Source: a virus
IMG/VR virus record: IMGVR_UViG_3300042508_000910
Reading direction: 5' to 3' (one strand)
Length of the DNA stretch: 64,000 nucleotides
The notes under the pieces: generated by a model
What the model was told of the DNA's origin: nothing
Database searches by the model: none
The model's input: the letters and a program-made list of their open reading frames with translations, nothing else
Program-made: the position numbers and the translations under genes
Part shown: one piece after another, positions 29,594-38,949 of the stretch
How the letters are laid out: every line of letters starts with the position of its first letter
Numbering within the stretch: the stretch's first letter is position 1

Positions 29594-30907
29594 TTAATTT
29601 CCTGCGTTTAATGAAGAATCTGACAAGGAGTTTCCTTGTACATCTTGAATATCTATGGCCGTACCATAATGAGTAAAGTAATAACTTTTAGTTGGATAGT
29701 TTTGTTGTCCTGCATCCTCTGGAGGTTTACCTGCACTATCATATTTATTAGCTCTAGACTGTATACGATATAATTGATCATAAGAACTAAATACTTGATG
29801 ACTTCCTACAATTAATCTTCCATAACCTATTGGAATTGGACCACCTTCTCCTACCGTATTGACTGGTCCATTAAAAGTATAAGAAGGTTCACCTCCACCA
29901 CTATCAGGCGAAGCTTCAAAATCTGCAGAAGGATTAGCGATTTGTTGTGGACTTACCATTGGTGGTGGTTTCATTAACAACATTGAGACTCCTAGAGAGA
30001 TTAAACCAACTATAGCTGGAAGTAAAGCTCCTAATAGACCAAGAGATCCTCCACCAGTTATAGGTGATAATAAAATACCTAAAAATATAGCAAAGATACC
30101 TTTAACTCCACCACCCATTCCTCCCTTTCCTCCACCAGCTTTACCACCTCCTCCATTATGTACTCTTATTTCATCTGCAATATAGGTATGATATTCTTTA
30201 ACATGAAAATTATAAGTTTTTTCGAAACCTATTTCTTCTATATTTTCTATTGGAAGAACATCTCCGCTTTCATGAATTAATACATCTCCAATTTGAAATT
30301 TTTCAAGAGGCGCAAATCTATTATATTCATTTAAAAACCAATGGTTTGGAGTAGCTTTTATAATTTTTCCACCCCATAAAGTAACTTTTAGAATCTTATT
30401 AGATTCATGTGAAAAAGTTTTTTCTATTATATCTTCGTGAATTTTCCCATCTTTATCAAAAGATAAAATCTTATCTCCTTCTTTTAGATCTTCAATATTT
30501 GATAAACCATTAGGCGTAGATATTCTTGTTCCAGATGGAAAACATCCTCCACCACCTCCACCACCTCCGCCTCCACCAGCACCTTCTAAAATTGGAACAA
30601 CATCGATTGTTTTCAATTCTTTTCCGAAATTCATAACAATTTCTGATTTATTCAATATTTCAAAATGCTCTCTTTTTAAATCTTTTAATTCTTGAGGTAG
30701 TTTTTCTGGTTTTGGAACCCAAACTGGACGATTATTTATTAAAATTTCGTATTTAGCATTCTTCTCTGCTTGCTCAATAAGTAGTTTAGTAAATTTTTGA
30801 GTATTAGCTTCTATTGCTCTAAAAGCCTCGGCAACGCTTGAAACTTCTAGGTTCCATTCTGAACCTAATTCTTCACCCAAATAACCATGTAGATTAACCT
30901 TAACCAT
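29594..30907 (-). CDS. Tail assembly protein I (lambda gpI-like, ubiquitin-like fold) with Hint domain
   Basis: VKVNLHGYLGEELG....L.VSSVAEAFRAI; IDVVPILEGAG; C-terminal SYTFNGPVNT..EG.PIPIGYGRLIVGS. Confidence 0.9.
   Translation of the reverse strand: MVKVNLHGYLGEELGSEWNLEVSSVAEAFRAIEANTQKFTKLLIEQAEKNAKYEILINNRPVWVPKPEKLPQELKDLKREHFEILNKSEIVMNFGKELKTIDVVPILEGAGGGGGGGGGGGCFPSGTRISTPNGLSNIEDLKEGDKILSFDKDGKIHEDIIEKTFSHESNKILKVTLWGGKIIKATPNHWFLNEYNRFAPLEKFQIGDVLIHESGDVLPIENIEEIGFEKTYNFHVKEYHTYIADEIRVHNGGGGKAGGGKGGMGGGVKGIFAIFLGILLSPITGGGSLGLLGALLPAIVGLISLGVSMLLMKPPPMVSPQQIANPSADFEASPDSGGGEPSYTFNGPVNTVGEGGPIPIGYGRLIVGSHQVFSSYDQLYRIQSRANKYDSAGKPPEDAGQQNYPTKSYYFTHYGTAIDIQDVQGNSLSDSSLNAGN
30155..30544 (-). 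other. Hint (intein-like, A-type BIL-like) domain in gpI, 130 aa, flanked by poly-Gly
   Basis: Gly11-CFPSGTRI ... ATPNHWF ... TYNFHV..YHTYIA..IRVHN-GGGG. Confidence 0.92.
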
Positions 30908-31653
30908 TATAGTTTGCTCCTATGCCTTAAAACATAACTTGTATGTTTCTTATAAAAGCTATCATATAAATTTACACAAGAAAAAGAATTATAAGGTTGA
31001 TGTAGGATTAAATTATTACCTAGAAAAACAGCCGCATGAGTTGGATATTCTTCTGAAACACTGGGAAAAAGCATCATTAATCCATCTGATTTTTTCAAAG
31101 GAGTATCCTTATCTAATTTAACAAAACCTTGTTCTATAAAATTATTTTCATATAAACTTTTAATATCTTTTAATGATCTTGGATAAGAATTTATCTTTGG
31201 AAAATTAATCTTAACATTCTCTTCTTTTAAAGCGTACTCTTGCATTAATGTAAAACAATCTGATCTACCTAACATAAATGGTCTTCCAATATAGGGGTTC
31301 TTCTCAGAATTTGGACTATAAAATTTAAATTCATCATATTTAACATTATAAAGTATATAATGTATATTATATTTGTTACTATTCTCTTTATCCATTTCGC
31401 TAAATTCTAAATTATCATTAGAATGAGAATGATAGCATGCTGTAATTTTCCCTAATAAAGTGCATGATAAATATTCTTGAGGAGAGATTAAAAAATTATT
31501 GTTTTTTTGATTTGCTGTATTTTTACATGGATAAATATCAAATTTATATGTATTTTGGTCAAAATAGATAAAACCACAAACTTCTTGTGGATATTTTTTA
31601 ATACTTTCATTCTTAATCTTTTCTTTAAGTTGAAGGTTAAACTCTAGGTTCAT
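30907..31653 (-). CDS. Tail assembly protein K (JAB/MPN metalloprotease plus NlpC/P60)
   Basis: PQEVCG...YHSH....FSEMD JAB motif; GRPF..G.SDCF.L...HAAVFLG...ILH NlpC/P60 motif. Confidence 0.92.
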   Translation of the reverse strand: MNLEFNLQLKEKIKNESIKKYPQEVCGFIYFDQNTYKFDIYPCKNTANQKNNNFLISPQEYLSCTLLGKITACYHSHSNDNLEFSEMDKENSNKYNIHYILYNVKYDEFKFYSPNSEKNPYIGRPFMLGRSDCFTLMQEYALKEENVKINFPKINSYPRSLKDIKSLYENNFIEQGFVKLDKDTPLKKSDGLMMLFPSVSEEYPTHAAVFLGNNLILHQPYNSFSCVNLYDSFYKKHTSYVLRHRSKL

Positions 31654-33965
31654 GAAGATTGTGGTCCTTGCTGACTTTGATATTTTCCTTCTACAGATGG
31701 AAAACCTCCAAATGGTAATAGACCAATTAATTGATTTCCATTCGCATCTTTTGGAGATTGTATATTATAAGCAATTAAATTATCTATGATTTCAACATTC
31801 TGTCCAACTGCAGTAGAATATGCGCTATAATTATAGCTACCAGAAAATGTTTTTTGTTGAAAATTAGGATTTTCTTTCCATCTTAATCTGCAACCATTTA
31901 GAGTTTTTGAACATGTGTCTGATAACCAATAATTTTGATTAGGTGGCGCATTAATTGCGTTAGCTGTATGATCTTGAGTGCAGACAAAATAATATTTAAT
32001 ATCATTTTTTTCAATAAAAACAAAATTATTTTTTGTATAAATTATATTTTGATTCCATGCTCCTTTATCGATCCAATTAGTTTGATTTATAGCTCCAGTA
32101 AATGGATTATCATTCGCATCTGCAACTGGTGGTGCAGATTGTAATCCCATCACCATTTGGGAATATGATAAGTTTTTATTCGTAACGACATCATCTGTTG
32201 GAGAGCAATCAAGAGAAACTTCTCCATAAATTCCAGAATGTATAGAGGTTATTCTATTTGAATATTCATATATGCACCCTTCTCCTCTATATGTAAATGG
32301 ACAATTTTTAGACAACAAAATTCGTGAAGGTAATTTTACACCCTCAACATCAAGTAGGGATGATAATTCATAAACAACATTAGTAGAATCTTCTTGTACT
32401 TTTCTATCTATATAAAAAATATCTGGAGTCAATTCTGTTTCATAATTTTCAATATTTTGAGTTATCATTTGGTCTTTGTATTCAATAGCTAAGTTAGCTT
32501 GTGAAGAAAAAATCTGAGTTGCTCCAGTTGGCGTAGCATCTTCATAAATATAGTCTGTAGCAATAATATTAAATTTTTGAACCCCAAGATCAAAAGATTC
32601 TAATCCAGTATTTGTTGCAGTAATTGTAAGCCCAGTTGAAGTAATATTTTGTATATATTTATCAAAAATAAATCCTGATTCAGACCATGCATTAAATAAA
32701 ACTTTAGGAACATTAGAGAATGAAAATGGAAAGTTTATATTTAAGTCGCCCGAAGTACTTGTTGAAAAATTTTTTTCTATTCTTAATGCTGCTAATTTTA
32801 TTTGCTCCTTGGAGTATGGATTAATTCCAGTATAATATCCAGTTTTTAAACTTAAATAATTCAAATCAAAATTACCATCTAAACCACTAGAAAATATTAC
32901 ATTAATTCCAGTATTATATTGATCTTTAATATAATAATTTGTATTTACTCCAATACTGTCTACATTTGATTTTATAGATATAAAACTAACTATATTACCA
33001 CTATTCTCAGAAAAAGTTAAATTATATGGAATTAATTGTCCAGTTATTCCTGTATTTGAATCTATATTCAAAGAACTACAAACTAATTTTAATTTTCCTG
33101 TTTCATTTAAAAGCGTGAATTCGTTTTTATAGTCAGGAATAATAGTGGAATAATTTGAAGAATTTCCTGATATAGCAAATACATTTACAGAAAAATAATT
33201 ATCTAATAAATTAGATAGTTCTATATTTTCGTTTGTTAACAAACTAAAAAAATCTGTTGATTCTATCGAATAATTCTGTTGTTGTAATTGAATTCCTAAA
33301 GTTCTTAATCTATCATCAGTAGATATTGATGTAAAAATTTTATTTCTTGAGCCATAATTAGGTTTTGGATAATATATTAACCATTTTGACATGTCTGTTG
33401 GAGGAGGTATAGGGCTATTTGCTCTTACGGTTAATGTATCTCCATCTCTTGAAGCCCAAGGAGCTTGACTAAATTCATTAAATGGATTTACATTTCCAGC
33501 AAAATTATCTGGACTTAGATATCTAACAAAAGTTTTTCTCCTTGTGACTCTTGCCCCAACAATATCTTTAAGTTCATTAATTTGCATACGAATATATTTA
33601 TAGAAAGAATTATATTCATCATCTAAAAACTGACTTGAAAATTTTACTTTTGGCGTTGGAATTGTACCATTTGAAGTGATATCAAATTGTTCACCAAAAA
33701 CTGGAAATGGAAAATAATAATTGCCTTTCCATTTTATAATACCTCGATTTATATTAAATAAATTAAAATCATTATGAATTCTTAGAACACCATCTCTTAT
33801 TGGTCCATTAACAGTTGGATATGTAATTGTAGCTGGTTTAATTTCATTTAAATTGATTTCATATAACATAATTGGAGTTGTAGGCTCGACTTCATGAATA
33901 TGAGTATTGATCGATCTTTGAGCCTCTAACGCAGATAGGAAATATTCGCTAGCTTGTTGACTCAT
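31650..33965 (-). CDS. Minor tail protein L (lambda gpL-like), enlarged by inserted domains
   Basis: GARVTRRKTFVRYL...NF; FYIDRK..E....V.YELSS.LD....LPSR; CPFTYRGEGC...CSKTLNGC..R; LPFGGFP. Confidence 0.9.
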   Translation of the reverse strand: MSQQASEYFLSALEAQRSINTHIHEVEPTTPIMLYEINLNEIKPATITYPTVNGPIRDGVLRIHNDFNLFNINRGIIKWKGNYYFPFPVFGEQFDITSNGTIPTPKVKFSSQFLDDEYNSFYKYIRMQINELKDIVGARVTRRKTFVRYLSPDNFAGNVNPFNEFSQAPWASRDGDTLTVRANSPIPPPTDMSKWLIYYPKPNYGSRNKIFTSISTDDRLRTLGIQLQQQNYSIESTDFFSLLTNENIELSNLLDNYFSVNVFAISGNSSNYSTIIPDYKNEFTLLNETGKLKLVCSSLNIDSNTGITGQLIPYNLTFSENSGNIVSFISIKSNVDSIGVNTNYYIKDQYNTGINVIFSSGLDGNFDLNYLSLKTGYYTGINPYSKEQIKLAALRIEKNFSTSTSGDLNINFPFSFSNVPKVLFNAWSESGFIFDKYIQNITSTGLTITATNTGLESFDLGVQKFNIIATDYIYEDATPTGATQIFSSQANLAIEYKDQMITQNIENYETELTPDIFYIDRKVQEDSTNVVYELSSLLDVEGVKLPSRILLSKNCPFTYRGEGCIYEYSNRITSIHSGIYGEVSLDCSPTDDVVTNKNLSYSQMVMGLQSAPPVADANDNPFTGAINQTNWIDKGAWNQNIIYTKNNFVFIEKNDIKYYFVCTQDHTANAINAPPNQNYWLSDTCSKTLNGCRLRWKENPNFQQKTFSGSYNYSAYSTAVGQNVEIIDNLIAYNIQSPKDANGNQLIGLLPFGGFPSVEGKYQSQQGPQSS

Positions 33966-33970
33966 TTTTT

Positions 33971-34531
33971 TTAACCTGCAATTTCTTCAATTTTTGCTCG
34001 TATTGAATAATTTTCTTTAAATGTAAAATTAGATTCCCACTCTCTGCAAACAAATCTAGTTTTATATGTTGTGTCCGCGTAAATTCCAGGAGGGTTAAAT
34101 GCGAAAGATTTTGTTCCACCCTTTTCTTTAAGAAAGTGAACAATTGCTCTGGCTTCATGTTCTGTTCTTTGATCAAAATTAAATTGTAAAACTTTTAGAT
34201 CTGGATTAAAGCTTTTACTAATTCTTTGTTCATATCCATTTCCAAATCTTATAGTTGTAACTAATGGTTTATGCTGAACTGTTGATGTATAAGATGCAAT
34301 CCATATAAAAAATGGTATTTTTTTATTATTTTGTAAAGTAATTACTCCGCCCCAATACTCTGATCCTGATCCTGTATCTGGTTCATCAGGAGAACCTGGA
34401 CTTGAACTTTTTACATGGTCTTTTAATGCATACCAAAAATAACCATGATATTTTACTATGTCATTTTTAATAAACTGATGTCCGCCACTAATACTAGCCC
34501 AATTCTCTATATTATCATTAATAGAAGCCAT
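33971..34531 (-). CDS. Minor tail protein M (lambda gpM-like) with N-terminal carbohydrate-binding-like module
   Basis: P.V..IRFGNGYEQR....NP....FNF...FL...GGTKSF.F.PP; N-terminal W...F.KNDIVKY.G..WYALKDH. Confidence 0.88.
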   Translation of the reverse strand: MASINDNIENWASISGGHQFIKNDIVKYHGYFWYALKDHVKSSSPGSPDEPDTGSGSEYWGGVITLQNNKKIPFFIWIASYTSTVQHKPLVTTIRFGNGYEQRISKSFNPDLKVLQFNFDQRTEHEARAIVHFLKEKGGTKSFAFNPPGIYADTTYKTRFVCREWESNFTFKENYSIRAKIEEIAG

Positions 34532-34599
34532 ATACCTTACCTTATTCCTTTAATATATTTACACCTAATGCTGTGTAATTTATAGTAAAGGTATAAGGA
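34532..34599. promoter_or_regulatory. Divergent back-to-back GTGTAA promoter pair
   Basis: TTACAC 34559-34564 (-) and GTGTAA 34573-34578 (+), each followed by AT-rich TAAAGGwATAAGG before the ATG. Confidence 0.75.
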
Positions 34600-35406
34600 A
34601 TGTTATCTAGACTTACAAAGGAATTTAATAAGGTTTATATAGATTCTGCGCCATTAACAGGCCTTCAATCTATAGCCGCAAGCTATGAATTACCATATGA
34701 AGATCTAAAATATTTAGGTTCCAATACTAACAATTTATCTAGGGCTCCTATAGGCCTATATGTTGGAGCGTTAAGTTTAGATGCATTTTTAATTAATTAT
34801 GACCCATTTATAAAATATACAGGAGACATAGGTGCTAATCTAAAGATAGACTATAATGATAATAAATTTTTAATGAATAGTGGTTATCTGGCTGAGTATA
34901 ATTTTGAATGTGCTATAGGAACTATTCCTACAATAGCCACAAAATGGAATATCTATAATAACTTTGGAAGCGGTATTTCATCTAGTGAACCGTTCAATTT
35001 AGACAATTCACAATTAAATATAGTGAATCCTGGTGATATTTCTATTAATTTTAATGAGATAGAAAATCAAAAAATTAATCAGTTCTCTTTAAATATTAAA
35101 TCTTCTAGATTGCCAATATATGACGCTACAAATATAAGACCAGTTGATGTAAAGTTGCAATATCCATTATTAATAACAGCAGCGTTTTCTATAACATTAG
35201 ACGATTATAAAGTTAAAAATCTATTTGACTTTCCAAATAAACAGAACGTTTACAACTTTTCTGTAGACTTGAAAAAGAGTAATACAAATACAATTATTAA
35301 TACTTTTAATATGAATAACGCTCTTCTTATAAGAGAAGATTATAGCGCAGATGTTGATGGTAGTATACTATTACAATTAACATATTCGAGTACTGTCCAC
35401 AGATAG
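34600..35406 (+). CDS. Tail-tube-like protein (paralog of major tail protein)
   Basis: LQSIAASYELPYEDLKYLG and INQFSLNIKSSRLPIY...YPLLITAAFSI align with the two halves of 7145-8245; PGDI also shared. Confidence 0.55.
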   Translation: MLSRLTKEFNKVYIDSAPLTGLQSIAASYELPYEDLKYLGSNTNNLSRAPIGLYVGALSLDAFLINYDPFIKYTGDIGANLKIDYNDNKFLMNSGYLAEYNFECAIGTIPTIATKWNIYNNFGSGISSSEPFNLDNSQLNIVNPGDISINFNEIENQKINQFSLNIKSSRLPIYDATNIRPVDVKLQYPLLITAAFSITLDDYKVKNLFDFPNKQNVYNFSVDLKKSNTNTIINTFNMNNALLIREDYSADVDGSILLQLTYSSTVHR

Positions 35407-35411
35407 TGTAA
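35406..35411 (+). promoter_or_regulatory. GTGTAA putative late promoter
   Basis: AGTGTAATTT followed by AAGGAG upstream of ATG 35439. Confidence 0.6.
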
Positions 35412-35438
35412 TTTTAATAGGTAAAAGGAGTAAGGATT

Positions 35439-36227
35439 ATGGCTAGAATATATTACGATCAATGCGAAATTAGAATTAATAATACAGGGATTTTGGCTGT
35501 TTCTGCTAATCTAAATACAGATGTCACTTTAGGACCAGTTTATACTCTAGGCAAAAGAAAACCATTTAAAAAACAGATAACTACAGGACCAAAAAATAAT
35601 ACATTTCAAATATCTTACCTTATCAATCCAACTGGCGATCCTGCATTTAACACTGTAAAAGAAATAAAAAATTTTATAGCTGCACCAGCAAATTATCCTG
35701 GAGTAACAATTGCTTTTGCTGGAGTTACTGGATATAATTGCTATCTAAATAATTATAATTTTAAAGTAGAACCAAATAATGTTGTTGTTGCACAAGCTAG
35801 TTATGTCTCATATCATAAAATAAGCGGCAACCTAAATACAAAAACTAATCCTAATACGGCATCTTCTGATAGTATTGCTCATAGTTCAAAAAGCAATATT
35901 GTTTCTGGAAAGAATTTTGGAGCAGATACTTATAATTTAACTTATACATTTGCAGCTAATCTAACTCCTGTCTATTCTTTAGGAAATGAAGATCCTGTTG
36001 AAGTTAAACCAATAAGAGCGCAAGAAACAGTTAATATGACAGAGAATCTATTCACAAAGCTTGTTTATACAGGAGAAAATATACCAATAAAAATACAAGT
36101 TTCTGGCTTACTAGATTCAAATAGTTTTGAGATTGAAATGCCAGATGCTTATGTAAATAATAGTACGATAGAATCAAATCTTGATGATATTGTTCGCACA
36201 ACTAAAACACTTATTCAATATTATTAA
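35439..36227 (+). CDS. Tail-tube-like protein with internal duplication
   Basis: Repeat ANLNTDVTLGPVYTLG / LTYTFAANLTPVYSLG. Confidence 0.5.
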   Translation: MARIYYDQCEIRINNTGILAVSANLNTDVTLGPVYTLGKRKPFKKQITTGPKNNTFQISYLINPTGDPAFNTVKEIKNFIAAPANYPGVTIAFAGVTGYNCYLNNYNFKVEPNNVVVAQASYVSYHKISGNLNTKTNPNTASSDSIAHSSKSNIVSGKNFGADTYNLTYTFAANLTPVYSLGNEDPVEVKPIRAQETVNMTENLFTKLVYTGENIPIKIQVSGLLDSNSFEIEMPDAYVNNSTIESNLDDIVRTTKTLIQYY

Positions 36228-36230
36228 TTT

Positions 36231-37196
36231 ATGTTTTATAATGGAAAAAATGTTTTAGTTAAAATTAATGATGAAGCAATCCTTGCTACAGAGGCTCAAC
36301 TTTCTTATGAAGCGCAAATTGCTCCCTATTTTGAGATTGGTCAAAGATATACAAATCAAATAACTCCAGAAAATACTATACAAGGATCTTTAAATTTTTC
36401 ATATTACTTAACTGGAGAAGATCCAATTAGGAAAAATCTATATTCAAATGATCCAATAAAATTTGATTTTGGTGGCATTATACAAACTGGGTATATAAAA
36501 AATTACACAGCTAGATTAGCTCCTCATAATCCTGTTAATTGTAATGCAGATATCGTTTTCTTTAGATCTCCAAGTGGTAGTTTTAATCCATCGTACTCTA
36601 ATCAACCTATTGAAGATAATCTAGTACATATTAATGAAGTTCTTATTTCTAACTTTAACAATCAATATATAACTGGTAATTATTTATCTGCTAATTTTAC
36701 ATACTCTGCAGACATTAGGCAAGAAATATATATAGGAGATAAAGAAGAGAGGCGTGGAGTCTTTGGAGTAAAAGAGATTGTAGCGTCTATAGTATGCGAT
36801 AACTTAAACCCTTTAGTTGAAATTTCTGGACAAATGGTTGGAGTATCTTTTATTGTTAGTCCTATAGATAAACCATATATACAAAGTTATCTAGCTTCTG
36901 GATTTTTAACAAAGAAATCTTTTCAAACAAAATCAGATGATCTATTAACAACAGAAATATCAATAAGACAATACAACTTAATATCTGATGCAGTTATTTC
37001 TGGGTTTAGTCCATCTTCTGCACAAATTAATGATATAGTAACTATTAGTGGAAGTAATTTAGAATATACTGTATCTGTTTTATTTGGAAATACTCCAGCA
37101 GAAGAATTTACAATTCTAAACTCTCAAACTGTTAGAGCAAGAGTACCCAGAATGAAGAGACCATTTACTCAGCAGATTAAAATCTTAACCGCATGA
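36231..37196 (+). CDS. Tail-tube-like protein with C-terminal IPT/TIG domain
   Basis: Paralog of 35439 ORF (ILATEAQLSYEA.I.PYFEIG); ISGFSPSSA...D.VTISGSNL...V.FG IPT motif. Confidence 0.55.
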   Translation: MFYNGKNVLVKINDEAILATEAQLSYEAQIAPYFEIGQRYTNQITPENTIQGSLNFSYYLTGEDPIRKNLYSNDPIKFDFGGIIQTGYIKNYTARLAPHNPVNCNADIVFFRSPSGSFNPSYSNQPIEDNLVHINEVLISNFNNQYITGNYLSANFTYSADIRQEIYIGDKEERRGVFGVKEIVASIVCDNLNPLVEISGQMVGVSFIVSPIDKPYIQSYLASGFLTKKSFQTKSDDLLTTEISIRQYNLISDAVISGFSPSSAQINDIVTISGSNLEYTVSVLFGNTPAEEFTILNSQTVRARVPRMKRPFTQQIKILTA

Positions 37197-37209
37197 TGGA
37201 GTAATATAT

Positions 37210-38949
37210 ATGCCATTAGTATCCTCATCACAATTTTTTCAATATATACCTGTAGCTCCAAAGATAACAAGTTTATCTTTAACGACTGGAGATATTGGAG
37301 ATACAGTAACGCTTTATGGTACGGATTTAGACTATATTGAGGATTTAATACTTTGTGGAGAAAAAGTAAATCTAAACTTAATTTCAGAATCTGAGGGAAA
37401 TTTTATTGTTCCAAACAATCTTACCACAGGTAAACTTGTAGCCTCATCTACTGATATAGTCATGTCCCAAAATGAATTAGATTTTTTACCAATATTTAAA
37501 ATAGATAATTTTGATCCAAAACAAGGTCCATTAGGAACTTTAGTAACAGTAAGTGGCAAAGTCTTAACATCGATCACGACAGGATATTTATTAGCAGAAC
37601 CTATAACGAATGATATTAATTATTATTTTTTAAATTCTAATCAAACAATAAGTTTGCCTACATATTCAGATACTGGAAATTCTGATATAGTCTTAATCCA
37701 AAATTTTAATTTAAATAAAGAAAAAAATAAATTTAATATAATTAACTACTCTCAGCCAACGATTGCTAGCGGTAGAGTTCTAGATTTAAAGTTTAAAGAA
37801 GACTTATCTCAAAAATATTATGAACAACATATATTTAATTTCCCTTTAATTAATTCAAATAATATCAAGAGTCATACAGGAGTTATCTCTACTGGAAATC
37901 TATATGTTGATGTAAATTTACAAAGCAATTTTTCAGATACAGGTTATGCCGTATTCTATTCGATGAATTATACTGGAACAGGAAATTCTAATAATTTAAA
38001 TTATAATACTCCATTCTCATATATAGATATGAAAACAATCTCAGGATTTGCTATAAATCTCTGCGATACTTTTAGTAATGATATAAAATATTATTATCTA
38101 GCCGTAAAATATGGAACTGGAGTCTATGATAGTGGAAATTATGTATGCTCTGGAATAAATCTTGCTACTGGAACAACAGATCATAACATTACATTTGATA
38201 ATGATAAACTATATCCACCTTTTATTTTAACAAGTTTAGAAGGATTAACAAATTCTGGTAGTGCATTATCTCAAAGAAGAGCTTCAATTGGATTAACTTA
38301 TATAGATTCAAATCTATACGAATTAAATAATAATAATTTCTATCTAAATCTACCTAGTGGTAGTTTAAATCTATCAGGTACAGGAATGATGAAGATAAAC
38401 TATTTAAATTTTGATAACATAAATACAAATTTAAATACTTTTGTTTTAGAAGGTTCTGGATCTTACTATGAAAAAATATATTTATTTACAGGTGATGAAA
38501 ACTCATTTAAAGAAAGGGTACAGGTAAATAATCTTCAAATTATTAATAAGAATACTTTGCAATTTAATATTCCTAATACCGATTATTATATAAATGGAGA
38601 ATTAATTTTAGTTAATTCTATAGGTTTAGAAAAAATATCTTTAGATTCATTTAGAGAAGCTCCATTAGCTACAGGATTAAAATATAGTAATCGATACAAA
38701 GGAGATTATATAATAATAAGTGGTTTAAGCTTTAAGAAGTCAATTCTTATTGATGGTACAGGATACAATGGTGTTACTGTAAGATTTAGATATCTAGAAG
38801 ATTTATATAAACAGAAAAATAATGATTTTAGTATGAATTGTACATTATTAGATGTAAATACATTAACAGGTATTTTGCCGTTAGATAATCTATCTAGTGG
38901 TAGGTATATGGTGCAAATATTAGATGAAAAAGGAAATATATACGAATGA
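37210..38949 (+). CDS. IPT/TIG-domain virion protein
   Basis: PKITSLS.T.G.IGDTVTLYG and IDNFDPKQG..GT.VTVSG repeats. Confidence 0.65.
   Translation: MPLVSSSQFFQYIPVAPKITSLSLTTGDIGDTVTLYGTDLDYIEDLILCGEKVNLNLISESEGNFIVPNNLTTGKLVASSTDIVMSQNELDFLPIFKIDNFDPKQGPLGTLVTVSGKVLTSITTGYLLAEPITNDINYYFLNSNQTISLPTYSDTGNSDIVLIQNFNLNKEKNKFNIINYSQPTIASGRVLDLKFKEDLSQKYYEQHIFNFPLINSNNIKSHTGVISTGNLYVDVNLQSNFSDTGYAVFYSMNYTGTGNSNNLNYNTPFSYIDMKTISGFAINLCDTFSNDIKYYYLAVKYGTGVYDSGNYVCSGINLATGTTDHNITFDNDKLYPPFILTSLEGLTNSGSALSQRRASIGLTYIDSNLYELNNNNFYLNLPSGSLNLSGTGMMKINYLNFDNINTNLNTFVLEGSGSYYEKIYLFTGDENSFKERVQVNNLQIINKNTLQFNIPNTDYYINGELILVNSIGLEKISLDSFREAPLATGLKYSNRYKGDYIIISGLSFKKSILIDGTGYNGVTVRFRYLEDLYKQKNNDFSMNCTLLDVNTLTGILPLDNLSSGRYMVQILDEKGNIYE

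Noticed and set aside
26842-30544. Classical mobile inteins
   Set aside because: No homing endonuclease and +1 residue is Gly, so annotated as BIL-like Hint domains rather than mobile elements
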